Positions 6,885-15,856 of a stretch of 18,491 bases of DNA are shown piece after piece (the first letter of the stretch is position 1; every line of letters starts with the position of its first letter). Location: NCBI GenBank assembly GCA_037190965.1, contig JBBCKI010000027.1:1-18491 (forward strand), read 5' to 3'. This DNA comes from Chthoniobacteraceae bacterium. Its GTDB lineage: Bacteria > Verrucomicrobiota > Verrucomicrobiia > Chthoniobacterales > Chthoniobacteraceae. The notes below the pieces were generated by a model, which saw nothing but the letters and a program-made list of their open reading frames with translations, did not search any database and had not been told where the DNA came from. The translations under genes and the position numbers were made by a program.

Positions 6885-7670
6885 ATGTCCCCTCTTGACC
6901 TCAAAAAACTCCTCGGCTTCGGTTCGGTCGAATTCATCCGCTACGTCATCGCGGCAGGATTGATTTGGGCTTTTTTCTACGGATTTCGCCGCCGCCATTG
7001 GCTGCATCGCAAGATTATCGACCGATTCCCGAAAGGGCGCGACGTGCGCCGCGAATTGACTCTTTCCGCATTGACCAGCCTCATCTATGGAGCGGTCGGG
7101 CTGGCGACGGTCTTTGCCATCCGGCAAGGCTGGACGCACTATTATTCCCGCCCTGACAAGTACGGCTGGGGCTGGTTCTGGGCGAGCGTCGTCATCACGA
7201 TTTTCCTGCACGACGCCTACTTCTACTGGACGCATCGGATGATGCATCACCCGAAGCTCTATCCGTGGATGCACAAGGCCCACCATCGCTCTACGAACCC
7301 GACGCCGTGGGCCGCCTACGCCTTCGATCCTCTGGAGGCGGTGGTTCAGGCGGCCATCTTCCCGCTCGCAGTCTTTCTCTACCCGATCAGCCCGCTGGCA
7401 TTCCTTCTATTCATGCTCTGGCAGCTGCTCTTCAACGTGATCGGCCACGCGGGCTTCGAAATTTATCCCTCCTGGTTTCTCAAATCGTGGCTCGGCAAAT
7501 TCTTCAACACGCCGACCAACCACACGATGCATCACCAATACTTCCGTGGAAACTACGGCCTCTATTTCAATATCTGGGACCGGATGATGGGCACCAACCA
7601 CCCCGATTATGAGAAGCGGTTCCACGCCGTGACGACGCGGAAAAAGGCGACGGAAGAGAGTGTGGTTTAA
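6885..7670 (+). CDS. Sterol desaturase / fatty acid hydroxylase family membrane di-iron enzyme
   Basis: His boxes HDAYFYWTHRMMHH, HKAHH, GHAG and HTMHH; NYGLYFNIWDRMMGT; multiple TM segments. Start set at MSPLDLKK. Confidence 0.93.
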   Translation: MSPLDLKKLLGFGSVEFIRYVIAAGLIWAFFYGFRRRHWLHRKIIDRFPKGRDVRRELTLSALTSLIYGAVGLATVFAIRQGWTHYYSRPDKYGWGWFWASVVITIFLHDAYFYWTHRMMHHPKLYPWMHKAHHRSTNPTPWAAYAFDPLEAVVQAAIFPLAVFLYPISPLAFLLFMLWQLLFNVIGHAGFEIYPSWFLKSWLGKFFNTPTNHTMHHQYFRGNYGLYFNIWDRMMGTNHPDYEKRFHAVTTRKKATEESVV

Positions 7671-7712
7671 TAAACCCGAAACTCCGATGTTGGAGAATGG
7701 TGCGGCAGCACC

Positions 7713-7861
7713 GGTAGCCCGCTCGCGCCGTCGAGCGCGGGTATCGATTCCCGTGGCTTCATGAGTGGCTGCATCCCAGCACCAGCAAGCCTGTCCTGCG
7801 GGGATGGACGCCCAACGTCGACTCTTCACCGATCCCGCGCTCTCGGCGAGAGCGGGCTACC
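7713..7861. repeat. REPIN: inverted doublet of GTAG-type REPs (7713-7746 plus; 7833-7861 minus)
   Basis: ggtagcccgctcgcgccgtcgagcgcgggtatcga ... tcccgcgctctcggcgagagcgggctacc, located between convergent genes. The second unit differs from 3124-3152 at one position. Confidence 0.85.
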
Positions 7862-7887
7862 TTCCCGCCCTTCGGCCTGCGGGGTTA

Positions 7888-7922
7888 AAATTTAAAACGG
7901 CCTGAGGGAGCCCCAAGCCGTT
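7888..7922 (-). terminator. Rho-independent terminator of the epimerase/aldolase operon
   Basis: Minus strand aacggcttgggg-ctc-cctcaggccgtt followed by TTAAATTTT, 27 nt after the stop at 7950. Confidence 0.7.
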
Positions 7923-7949
7923 CATATTACTTGCTGTAAGCCGCTGATC

Positions 7950-8978
7950 CTACCGCAGCCATTCGTCAAGATGCGCGGCGACGAAGTCGTCGTCGGTCAG
8001 CTCGGGGTACGCGCGGCAGACGCGGGTCAATTCCTCGGCCTGGCCGGGGGAGAGCACCTCGTGAGGGTTGAGGCAGTTGATTGTCGGCACCAACCCCTGA
8101 CGGCGGAGCACTTCCAGAATCCCGGGGATGCACCCGGCAAACTGATGGGCGGGGTCGAAGAGCGCCGCGTTCATGTCGGTCACGGCAATCGACTTCGCGA
8201 GCCATTCGCGCGGCACCGGCCCGTCGCCCAGCGCCTTGATTTCCTCCAGAAGCTGCACGGACTTTTGCGTCCAGACGCCCCAATGCCCGAGCAACCCGCC
8301 CACGATCCGGCGGGTGCTGCCGCCAAAGCGGAAAGGCGTCAGCAGATCCGCGACGATGGTGTCGTCATTGCCGGTGTAGAGGGCAATATCGTTGCGGCCC
8401 GCCTCGGCCACGCCGCGCACGACGTCGATCGTCTGATACCGGTTGAAGGGCGCGATCTTGATGGCGATCACGTTCTGGATCTCCGCGAACTTCCGCCAGA
8501 AATCGAAGCTGAAAATGCGGCCCCCGACCGAGGGTTGCAGGTAGAACCCGATCACCGGGATGACATCCGCGACCGTGCGGACATGCTCGAGGATGGCTTC
8601 CTCCGGCTCGCCCTTCCAGGCCGCGAGACTGAGCAGACCCGCCTCGTAGCCGAATTTGCGCGCCATCTCGGCTTCGGCGAGCGCCTGAGGTGTGCGCCCG
8701 CAGACGCCACCGATCTTGATGAAGGGACGGGGCGATTTGGCGAACTCTTCGTCAATCGTGCAGGAGGCCAGTTCCAGCACGGGAGCCATGAGGCCGTGCT
8801 CGCGGATTTCGAACTGCGTGGAGTGAACCGCCACCGCCAGCCCGCCGACTCCGGAGGCGACATAGTAGCGGGTAAGCGCGCACTGGTGTTTTTCAGAGAG
8901 CTTCCGTGCGGCGTCAAGGGCGAGCGGCTGCGCGGGGATGGCCTGACCGGCGTGGAGATGATCGCGGAGGTGTTGCAT
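7950..8978 (-). CDS. Dihydrodipicolinate synthase (DapA/NanA)-like class I aldolase/dehydratase family protein
   Basis: AIPAQPLALD, AVAVHSTQF, GFYLQP (Tyr), IAIKIAP (Schiff-base Lys), LYTGNDD. Start set at MQHLRDH. Not canonical DapA, as it lacks GTTGE. Confidence 0.88.
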   Translation of the reverse strand: MQHLRDHLHAGQAIPAQPLALDAARKLSEKHQCALTRYYVASGVGGLAVAVHSTQFEIREHGLMAPVLELASCTIDEEFAKSPRPFIKIGGVCGRTPQALAEAEMARKFGYEAGLLSLAAWKGEPEEAILEHVRTVADVIPVIGFYLQPSVGGRIFSFDFWRKFAEIQNVIAIKIAPFNRYQTIDVVRGVAEAGRNDIALYTGNDDTIVADLLTPFRFGGSTRRIVGGLLGHWGVWTQKSVQLLEEIKALGDGPVPREWLAKSIAVTDMNAALFDPAHQFAGCIPGILEVLRRQGLVPTINCLNPHEVLSPGQAEELTRVCRAYPELTDDDFVAAHLDEWLR

Positions 8979-9010
8979 AAACAGTCTTCTTTGAAAGGGT
9001 TCTTGGCCGC

Positions 9011-10042
9011 TTAGTATTTGCCGTCGCGGGTTTCGAAATGAGTCGGTTTGTTGAGGGTGGCGCCGCCTTCGCGGAGCCACGCGGCGGTCCAGTTGATCAT
9101 CTGGTCAACCGCCACTTCCGGATATCCCCAGATCTCGAAGGAGCGGCCCGCGTTGCTGAGCCAGGCGCTCTCGGCTTCGCGCCCCACCACCTTGGCTTCG
9201 CACCCGAGCGCCAGCCCGAGCCGCTGCGCGAGATGTCGGACGGGGAGCGTCTCCGGTCCGGTGACGTTCATTACCGTCGGCGGGCAGGAGGCGGTTTCGA
9301 GGCACTGAATGGCGCGCGCCACGGCGTCGCGCTGCCAGATGATGTTCACATACCCCATGCTCACGTCGATCTCCTCGCCCGCGAGGATCTTCTGGCCGAG
9401 ATCGACCAGCACGCCGTAACGAGGTTCCACCGAGTAGTTGAGGCGATAGATGCTGAGCGGGGTCTGATGTTTCTTGGAGAAGTAGGTAAAGATGCGCTCC
9501 CGGGCCACGCAGGAATTGGCGTAATCGCCAACGGGCGCGATGGCATCCTCCTCGCGCGAACCGCCCGAGGGGATCGTAACAAAGGGATAAACGCATCCCG
9601 TGGAAAAAGCGACGATGCGCGATTTCTGGAACTTCTCCGCCACGTGCGCGGGAACCACCGCATTCATCGCCCAGGTCAATTCCGGCCCGGATGAAGTGCC
9701 AAATTTCTGCCCCGCGAGGAAGAAGACGTTCGGGACGTCAGGCAGGCTCTGTACCGCCTCGCGGTCGAGCAGATCGCACGAAATCGTCTCGATCCCCTCA
9801 AATTTCGCCCGCGCCGCCGCGTCGGAGAACCGGGAAACGGCGATCACCTTGTCGTTCCGGCCCAGCTTCTCCAGCCCCTTCTTGAGCATCAGCGAGAGGG
9901 TCGCCCCCATCTTGCCACCCGCGCCAAGCACGAGAAAATCGCCTTGGGATTCCGCCAGCGTCTTAAGCACACCCTCGGTGGGTTCCGCGAGGAAATGGTC
10001 AACTTGATCGGGCGAGCAGGGAGGGACAGATGAGGAATTCAT
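9011..10042 (-). CDS. NAD-dependent epimerase/dehydratase (extended SDR)
   Basis: Rossmann motif LVLGAGGKMG, FSTGCVYP, YANSC at the catalytic Tyr position, RLNY. Confidence 0.9.
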   Translation of the reverse strand: MNSSSVPPCSPDQVDHFLAEPTEGVLKTLAESQGDFLVLGAGGKMGATLSLMLKKGLEKLGRNDKVIAVSRFSDAAARAKFEGIETISCDLLDREAVQSLPDVPNVFFLAGQKFGTSSGPELTWAMNAVVPAHVAEKFQKSRIVAFSTGCVYPFVTIPSGGSREEDAIAPVGDYANSCVARERIFTYFSKKHQTPLSIYRLNYSVEPRYGVLVDLGQKILAGEEIDVSMGYVNIIWQRDAVARAIQCLETASCPPTVMNVTGPETLPVRHLAQRLGLALGCEAKVVGREAESAWLSNAGRSFEIWGYPEVAVDQMINWTAAWLREGGATLNKPTHFETRDGKY

Positions 10043-10105
10043 AGGAAAGTAACCAATCAGTTACATTCCCGGCGCGAAATTGGCAAGCCTGGATTTGCCA
10101 ACCGC

Positions 10106-11401
10106 TCACGGCTCTTGAGGATACCCGCCCAAGCCAAACGCCCCGACAAAGACCTTCAGCGCCTCCGTCGGGCGGCGTTGAAGTTCGTCGAGAATCAACG
10201 GCCGGGCAAACCGCCCCAACCCGGTGAATTCGTCCATCACGGGATCCCAAACCCCGGATGCCCTGGGGTTGGGGATCGCCGCAATCTTACGGATCACCTC
10301 CCGTTGATGGGGCGAAACCAACTCGATACGCCCCACCATCACTCGCGTCACCTCCGTCTGCTTGGGAAGGCCGGTGATCGTGAGTGGAAGCACCTCATTG
10401 GTCCATTCGAGGGGCGTCAGAAAGAACAGGCGCATTCCGGCGCTTTTGAAATAGGAAACCTCCCAGGTATTGAGGAGCGCTTCGGCTTCGTCGTCAAAAA
10501 GCCCCTCCTCCACCAGAGCCGTCTTCATAGCCGACCGCAGTCCCACAATGGCTGCCGCAGAATAATCCTGAGGCAAAAATGAATCGCGTGTTTCCGCAAG
10601 GGGTGCGGCGTCCAGGCTCGGTGACCGGGGTTCCACCACACGAAACGCCCCGGTGCCGTTGGAGCGGATATCCACCAGCCAGAGCTTCCGGATGGAGCGA
10701 CCCGCCACGGAAGCCGGGTTGATCTTGAGCGAACGATCCGCTTCATGGCGGACCACTCGCAGCGGCGCGTCGAGGTTCCCTACGCCGCGGTAGAAGAGGA
10801 ACCGTTCGCTCTCCCCGCCGGGGATGCCAAGCATCCTCGCCTTCACCTCGCGCGGCGCAAGCCAAACACGGTCCTTCGTCTCCGGCCCCTTGCGGTCTTC
10901 CCCAACCAGCGAAACCTTCGGCCAATGCAGCCAGCCCACCGTATCCGCAGGCAACCGTCCGGCGATGCCGGTTTTCGGATCCACCCCCGGCGCTCCGACA
11001 TCCGCCCTCGGGAAAAACTGCGTCAGCCATCCGCCTCGAAACTCCACCTTGAACCCGACTGTACCCCGAAAACCGTCGGGAGCATAAACATAGAGCACCG
11101 GCGTCTCCAGCCGCATCGTGACATCCCGATGACAGACCGCTATCTCTTTTGAAAGCCCACGCGGAGCATTCACGCGGGGATGAATCAAAAGAGTGCCGGA
11201 GATATTGTGCACGAACCGTGGCACCGGCTCGTCATCGGTATTGATCCCGCCCAACGTATTCCCTTCCTCATCCTGAAGCGACGTAAACGTCCCCCATTCA
11301 TGCACCGCAAAGCGATCGTCTGCCGCCTCAAGAAAGTTTCCCGCCAGCATCAGCGGAAAAAGAGCCATCCCCAAGATCCGCGCAATCGGTTGTTTCATCA
11401 T
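10106..11401 (-). CDS. Conserved exported hypothetical protein (VHEWGTFTS / METPVLY motifs)
   Basis: AAGGAG SD before ATG 11401 and a signal peptide. Motifs VHEWGTFTSLQ, VTMRLETPVLY, FLFYRGVGN, GLFDDEA..LLNTW and RVMVGRIE recalled from a family of unknown function. Confidence 0.85.
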   Translation of the reverse strand: MMKQPIARILGMALFPLMLAGNFLEAADDRFAVHEWGTFTSLQDEEGNTLGGINTDDEPVPRFVHNISGTLLIHPRVNAPRGLSKEIAVCHRDVTMRLETPVLYVYAPDGFRGTVGFKVEFRGGWLTQFFPRADVGAPGVDPKTGIAGRLPADTVGWLHWPKVSLVGEDRKGPETKDRVWLAPREVKARMLGIPGGESERFLFYRGVGNLDAPLRVVRHEADRSLKINPASVAGRSIRKLWLVDIRSNGTGAFRVVEPRSPSLDAAPLAETRDSFLPQDYSAAAIVGLRSAMKTALVEEGLFDDEAEALLNTWEVSYFKSAGMRLFFLTPLEWTNEVLPLTITGLPKQTEVTRVMVGRIELVSPHQREVIRKIAAIPNPRASGVWDPVMDEFTGLGRFARPLILDELQRRPTEALKVFVGAFGLGGYPQEP

Positions 11402-11503
11402 GATCTCCTTCTCGGCTTCTCCGCACCAACATGCGGAGGATACAGAGAAGCCCACCGGGCATCAATCAATTGTTCAACAGCCGACTTCCCGGGCAATTGA
11501 AGA

Positions 11504-11521
11504 CCCTTCGATTTTGAAGGG
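11504..11521 (-). terminator. Short hairpin downstream of tRNA-Val
   Basis: cccttc...gaaggg stem followed by TCTT on the minus strand, 9 nt after the tRNA 3' end. Confidence 0.45.
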
Positions 11522-11530
11522 AGCGAAATA

Positions 11531-11602
11531 TGGGCGATGACGGATTCGAACCGCCGACTGACTCGGTGTAAACGAGCTACTCTACCACTGAGTTAATCGC
11601 CC
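11531..11602 (-). tRNA. tRNA-Val (anticodon TAC), CCA not encoded
   Basis: Revcomp folds as GGGCGAT TA ACTC AGTGGTA GAGT A GCTCG TTTACAC CGAGT CAGTC GGCGG TTCGAAT CCGTC ATCGCCC A (72 nt). Confidence 0.97.
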
Positions 11603-11688
11603 TTAAGAAGAGAGGCTCCGGAGGCTAATCAGGAAACACCCGGCAGGCAATTGAAATCACAAGGGCTCTTCCAAAAAGATTCGGCGCA

Positions 11689-12660
11689 TTACGGGCCGGT
11701 CGCCAGCACAGTCCGCTTGGAGGCATCGCGGGCGTTCTGGACGAAGGTGTTGTTGTCCCCGTGAGTGGCCCAGGGGCCTCGCGGCACTTCGTGGAACTCG
11801 ACGAAGCGCCAGTCGGTCACGTCGGTGTCGCGCATCCCGAGGTAGTCGCGAACGGCGGGAGAAACGTCCAACCCAGCGCCTTTGTTCAGGTTCTTCTTCG
11901 GACGTTCATTGCCGAAAACATACTGCCAGTGATCGGTGCGGAAGGGGCCGCAATCTTCCCATTGCGCGTAGGCGATCTTTCCGTTGTAGCGGATGGCGAC
12001 CCAACGCCCCTTGAGGACGCTTTTGCCGCTACGCTCGAACTCCTCCTTGAACCATGGGATGACTTTTGACGCCTCCGGCTTGGTTCCACCTCGCTGAATG
12101 TCGTTATACGGAAGGGCGATATAGAACGGATTCTGCCGGGGGGTGAATTTCACCGGGATGTAATTGGAGCGATAAGTCCGGTCCGGATCGTCGTAGCCGC
12201 CATAATTGCGCGCCCAGGCCATGTCCCAGGAGCTGGCGTGGTTCGGCACGGGGTTGCGGGCGGTCGCCTTCTCACCCACCCAGAAGGTGGTGGTGACGAT
12301 CTGCGTCCGCCACGGATAACGCTCGGTCCGGGAAGGAAACTTCCCCATGGCAGCCGGGGTCAGGGTGTTCTTAACGGCAACTTCAGGTTGAATTGCCGCC
12401 ATTTCCCTCGATCCTTGGTCGAGGTAACTCTCCAGCCCGGGAAGGGTGTCGAACTGGGTCGCCGCACTCTTCACGCCTGAAGGTTGAGAATTGTCGGAGG
12501 CCTGCTTGAAATTGGGTTTGGTCGCCGCTTCCCGCTGGACGGGTCGATGGACGGGCTTCCGGACGGGCCTCGCCGCCTCCGTGGAGGGCGAGGATCCGAG
12601 AAACACCGCGGTTCCAATCATGGAAACGATGAGGGCCGGAAAGTGGTTTGCCGGGTTCAT
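11689..12660 (-). CDS. Exported conserved hypothetical protein with probable RlpA/DPBB-like C-terminal domain (start 12660 or GTG 12678)
   Basis: N-terminal hydrophobic segment and low-complexity linker, then TTFWVGE...NPFYIALPYND...KGRWVAI...YAQWEDCGP...AGLDVSPAVRDYLG. Confidence 0.8.
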   Translation of the reverse strand: MNPANHFPALIVSMIGTAVFLGSSPSTEAARPVRKPVHRPVQREAATKPNFKQASDNSQPSGVKSAATQFDTLPGLESYLDQGSREMAAIQPEVAVKNTLTPAAMGKFPSRTERYPWRTQIVTTTFWVGEKATARNPVPNHASSWDMAWARNYGGYDDPDRTYRSNYIPVKFTPRQNPFYIALPYNDIQRGGTKPEASKVIPWFKEEFERSGKSVLKGRWVAIRYNGKIAYAQWEDCGPFRTDHWQYVFGNERPKKNLNKGAGLDVSPAVRDYLGMRDTDVTDWRFVEFHEVPRGPWATHGDNNTFVQNARDASKRTVLATGP

Positions 12661-12726
12661 AGCCACGACCTTTCGCACCGGATGCGTACGAGCGCAACCG
12701 ATACTTTCCAGCCCCCCAACTCCGGG

Positions 12727-13434
12727 CTACTCCTCGCCCTTGACCCGAAACTGCACCTGCCGGGACATCAGCCAGCGCACGCCGAACATGTCCACGGTGG
12801 CTTTAATCGCCCGGTTTCCCAGCCCGTATTTGCTCACCCCGGCGGTTCTCGGACGGTGATTGACGGGGATTTCCACGAGCTTGTATCCCGCGCTCTTGAT
12901 GAGGGCGGGAATAAACCGGTGCATTCCGTAAAAAGGAATCAACGCGGTTCGACACTCCCGGCGCATCGCCTTGAGGGTGCAACCGGTATCGCGGATCCCG
13001 TCGCCGATAAAACGGCTCCGCACCGTATTGGCCACCCGGCTGGTGATCCGTTTGACAACCGTGTCGCGCCGGCGGGCCCGATAGCCGCACACGAGGTCGG
13101 CTCCTGTATCAATCTCGGCAAGAAGCCGGGGAATGTCGGCGGGGTCGTTCTGACGGTCGCCATCCAGAAGGACGATCACCGAGCCCTTCGCCGCCTGAAT
13201 GCCCGCGTACATGGCGGCGGACTGCCCGGCGTTTTGTTGAAATTCAAGGAGGCGAACATCGGGACGGCTTTCCACTCGCCGCACCGTCTCGTCGCGGGAG
13301 CCATCGTCCACAAAGACGATCTCGTAGCTGAGCCCGGCGAGGGCGGAATGCAACTCGCCCTGAAGGCCTTCCATGTTGTCCTGTTCGTTATAAAGCGGGA
13401 TCACCACCGATACCCGGGGATTTGAGTGTGTCAT
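12727..13434 (-). CDS. GT2 polyprenol-phosphate glycosyltransferase (DPM synthase/ArnC-like)
   Basis: SVVIPLYNE, FVDDGSRD, NAGQSAA, LDGDRQNDPADIP, DTGCTLKA, MHRFIP, SKYG. The start directly follows the upstream stop. Confidence 0.93.
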   Translation of the reverse strand: MTHSNPRVSVVIPLYNEQDNMEGLQGELHSALAGLSYEIVFVDDGSRDETVRRVESRPDVRLLEFQQNAGQSAAMYAGIQAAKGSVIVLLDGDRQNDPADIPRLLAEIDTGADLVCGYRARRRDTVVKRITSRVANTVRSRFIGDGIRDTGCTLKAMRRECRTALIPFYGMHRFIPALIKSAGYKLVEIPVNHRPRTAGVSKYGLGNRAIKATVDMFGVRWLMSRQVQFRVKGEE

Positions 13435-13436
13435 TG

Positions 13437-15167
13437 TCACAACGGCAAAGTCCGATAATTGCGGCAAAGGAAGACACGAACCGCCCTTAAAGGCAACCCG
13501 CGGCGAGTTTCATTCCAGAGCGCAATCATCTCGACATTTTCAAAGGCGTTTTCGATGGCGGAAGGGATGCGATTCCCTCCGCTGTCACTGATATAGAGGG
13601 CATCCCTCCCGTAAAAAAGGCTGATTCCCAATTCCTCGCTGGCGTACTCGTCGATGGGAAGGTCGGGCCGCACTGCCAACAACGCGCGCAAGAGGGCCCT
13701 GCGGCGGCCAATCGCCTCCTCGCTTCCTTTTACGACCTTGGGGTCGTCGATCTCCCGCAGGGCTCCTGCAAGGGCTTCCCGGAGTTCGACATCGAGCTTA
13801 CCGTCCTTCAGGAACGTCTTCGCGAGCACGGTCGGCTCGATCATCTGGTCGTAGCGCGGCCAGAAGGCGTACTGATTTTCGATGGCCTGAGACTCCCTCA
13901 TGTACACGGGCGGATGGCCAGGGCCCTCCTGACGAGGGTTCGGGAGATAGAACGAGAGAAGCGAAGCGGTCTGGTATTTGTCCGCGATCAGGAAAAGCGG
14001 CTTGCCACTCTGTTGCTCCATCTTTTGGCGGAGTTCATCGACGGCAAGTGCGATGGTTTTCCAGCCACGCAGCCGCTTCCCGGGATCGTTATCGTAAGAG
14101 TAAGAGAATCCGAGCCGCCGGATCCCGTCGGGGTTGACCAGCACGAGGCTCATGAAAAGCCCCAGCGCAAGCCCGGCAACCGAGTAAACCCGCGCCCATT
14201 TTGCGCGCTCCGCCAGCCTGTACCAGAAGGCGACCGACAAAATACATAGACTGACGAAGGCCGGAGCCGTCCAATTCGGCTGCCCGGCGTGCTTGATCGA
14301 AAGCCCGAAATACATCACCAGGAGCGGCAAAGAGAAAAGCACGAGAAAACGGGGCTTGAAATGCAGCCTCGCCTCACGGCACCCCCAGACAAGGGCGGCC
14401 AGCATCCCGCCGAAAATCAGTGGCGAATAAACACCGAAATGAATCCCGAAAAAGGCCAGCGCTTCATCAGGCCGGAAACGGAAGGTGCCCTGAATTCCAC
14501 CCCGGTCGGACATATGCTCCAGAGTGATCCAGCTATGCCGGTAATTCCAAAGCACCGGCGGGATGACCGCCAGCAGAAACACCCCAAGCAGCATCCAAAA
14601 ACCCGGTTTGCGGAACTCCTGCCGGAACTTCGGCGTCAACGCCAGAACAAGCACGATGGAGAGCAGTTCCATGGCGTTCGTGTACTTCGCCAGAAAACCG
14701 AGCCCGATCAGCGCGCCCGTCAGTGGCCAGAACCACGAAAACTTCGGCGAACGCTCCAACGCAATCCAGAAAGTCCAAAGAGCCGCCGCCCAAAAAAAGA
14801 TTGAGAGAGCATCAATGGTCATCACCAGGCTGCCCGCCTGAAAAATAGGCGTCACGTTGATGAGCAGAACCGCCCAGATAGCCATCTGCTCGGAATAGAG
14901 CCGGCGGGCCATCGCGTAAATGACGAGACTGGTGCCGAGCGCGAGCAGCGGACTCAGGAAACGGACGCCTAACTCGACCGGCCCGAAAAGCGAGGTCCCG
15001 GCACGGATCGCAGCCGCCACCCCGGGGCCCTTCGAGAAATAGGCCCAATCCAGACGCTGTGACCACTGGAAGTAGTACGATTCGTCAGGCGAAATCTCGC
15101 TCTGGGCGCCAAGAAAAAGGCGGAATCCCGTCAAGGCGAGGAGGAAAATCAGTAGCCAGCGATTCAT
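13437..15167 (-). CDS. ArnT / GT39 (PMT_2)-like multi-TM GT-C glycosyltransferase
   Basis: PDESYYFQWSQRLDWAYFSKGPG, GVR, MTIDA, GFLAKYT, QPNW; many TM segments and a periplasmic C-terminal domain. Confidence 0.92.
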   Translation of the reverse strand: MNRWLLIFLLALTGFRLFLGAQSEISPDESYYFQWSQRLDWAYFSKGPGVAAAIRAGTSLFGPVELGVRFLSPLLALGTSLVIYAMARRLYSEQMAIWAVLLINVTPIFQAGSLVMTIDALSIFFWAAALWTFWIALERSPKFSWFWPLTGALIGLGFLAKYTNAMELLSIVLVLALTPKFRQEFRKPGFWMLLGVFLLAVIPPVLWNYRHSWITLEHMSDRGGIQGTFRFRPDEALAFFGIHFGVYSPLIFGGMLAALVWGCREARLHFKPRFLVLFSLPLLVMYFGLSIKHAGQPNWTAPAFVSLCILSVAFWYRLAERAKWARVYSVAGLALGLFMSLVLVNPDGIRRLGFSYSYDNDPGKRLRGWKTIALAVDELRQKMEQQSGKPLFLIADKYQTASLLSFYLPNPRQEGPGHPPVYMRESQAIENQYAFWPRYDQMIEPTVLAKTFLKDGKLDVELREALAGALREIDDPKVVKGSEEAIGRRRALLRALLAVRPDLPIDEYASEELGISLFYGRDALYISDSGGNRIPSAIENAFENVEMIALWNETRRGLPLRAVRVFLCRNYRTLPL

Positions 15168-15829
15168 TGCGCGACGAGTTCCGTTTTATCTTCCAACAGA
15201 TGCGGATGCCGACGGTAAACCGTGGGAGCCACAGAGCCACCCCACCGGCTCCAGACCTTCTTGGCCAAAAAGACCATCAGCAAGCCGAGCCCGACCCCAA
15301 GCACCACCGACGCGGCCACATCGCTCGGCCAGTGCGAGCCGGTGTAAATGCGCGAGTAGCTGATCGCCGCCGCCACAAAGAAATAAAGCCAGCCCCGCCG
15401 GGGATAAAACGCCGTGAGCAGCACGGCCATGGCAAAATTGTTCGAGGTGTGCCCGGACGGGAAAGAACGCCCCTCGATGGGACCGGATTCGGGCTTGGAA
15501 ATCTTCACTTTGGGAGAATAAAGCACGCCCAACGCTTTGGGAGAAGCTTTCTTCAAAGTCACCACGCGAACCGCCTCCGCCTGCAAAGGTCGCGCTCGGT
15601 TGACAAGATGCTTGAGGGAATTTACCACAATGCTGTCGGTCACTATCACGGTAACAACCGCCGTGGCTAAAAGAGCCCGCCCTTTAAAGCCACCGAAAAC
15701 CACCAGAGCCACGATCAATAGAAGCAGAAGCGGAATCCAGAAGTCGAGGCTGGACAACGCTGCCATGAGCCGATCGGGGATGGGCCCCGTCCACTCGCGG
15801 TTGATGAGAAAAAAAAGCTTTCGATCCAT
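15164..15829 (-). CDS. PAP2-family membrane phosphatase (undecaprenyl-PP or lipid A phosphatase-like)
   Basis: All three PAP2 motifs: KHLVNRARP, SFPSGH and SRIYTGSHWPSD. ATGA overlap with the ArnT-like gene. Start set at MDRKLFF. Confidence 0.93.
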   Translation of the reverse strand: MDRKLFFLINREWTGPIPDRLMAALSSLDFWIPLLLLLIVALVVFGGFKGRALLATAVVTVIVTDSIVVNSLKHLVNRARPLQAEAVRVVTLKKASPKALGVLYSPKVKISKPESGPIEGRSFPSGHTSNNFAMAVLLTAFYPRRGWLYFFVAAAISYSRIYTGSHWPSDVAASVVLGVGLGLLMVFLAKKVWSRWGGSVAPTVYRRHPHLLEDKTELVAQ

Positions 15830-15856
15830 GCCGGGAAGGCGAAGACTGGACACAGT

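Noticed and set aside
6103..9694. Antisense ORFs 6103..6963, 7971..9014 and 9038..9694
   Set aside because: They overlap well-supported genes on the opposite strand and have shadow-ORF composition.
11531..11602. tRNA-Val as the attachment site of an island extending towards valS, or a functional valS/tRNA-Val link
   Set aside because: No duplicate of the tRNA 3' end and no integrase found by eye. The intervening genes look host-like in GC, so the proximity may be coincidental.
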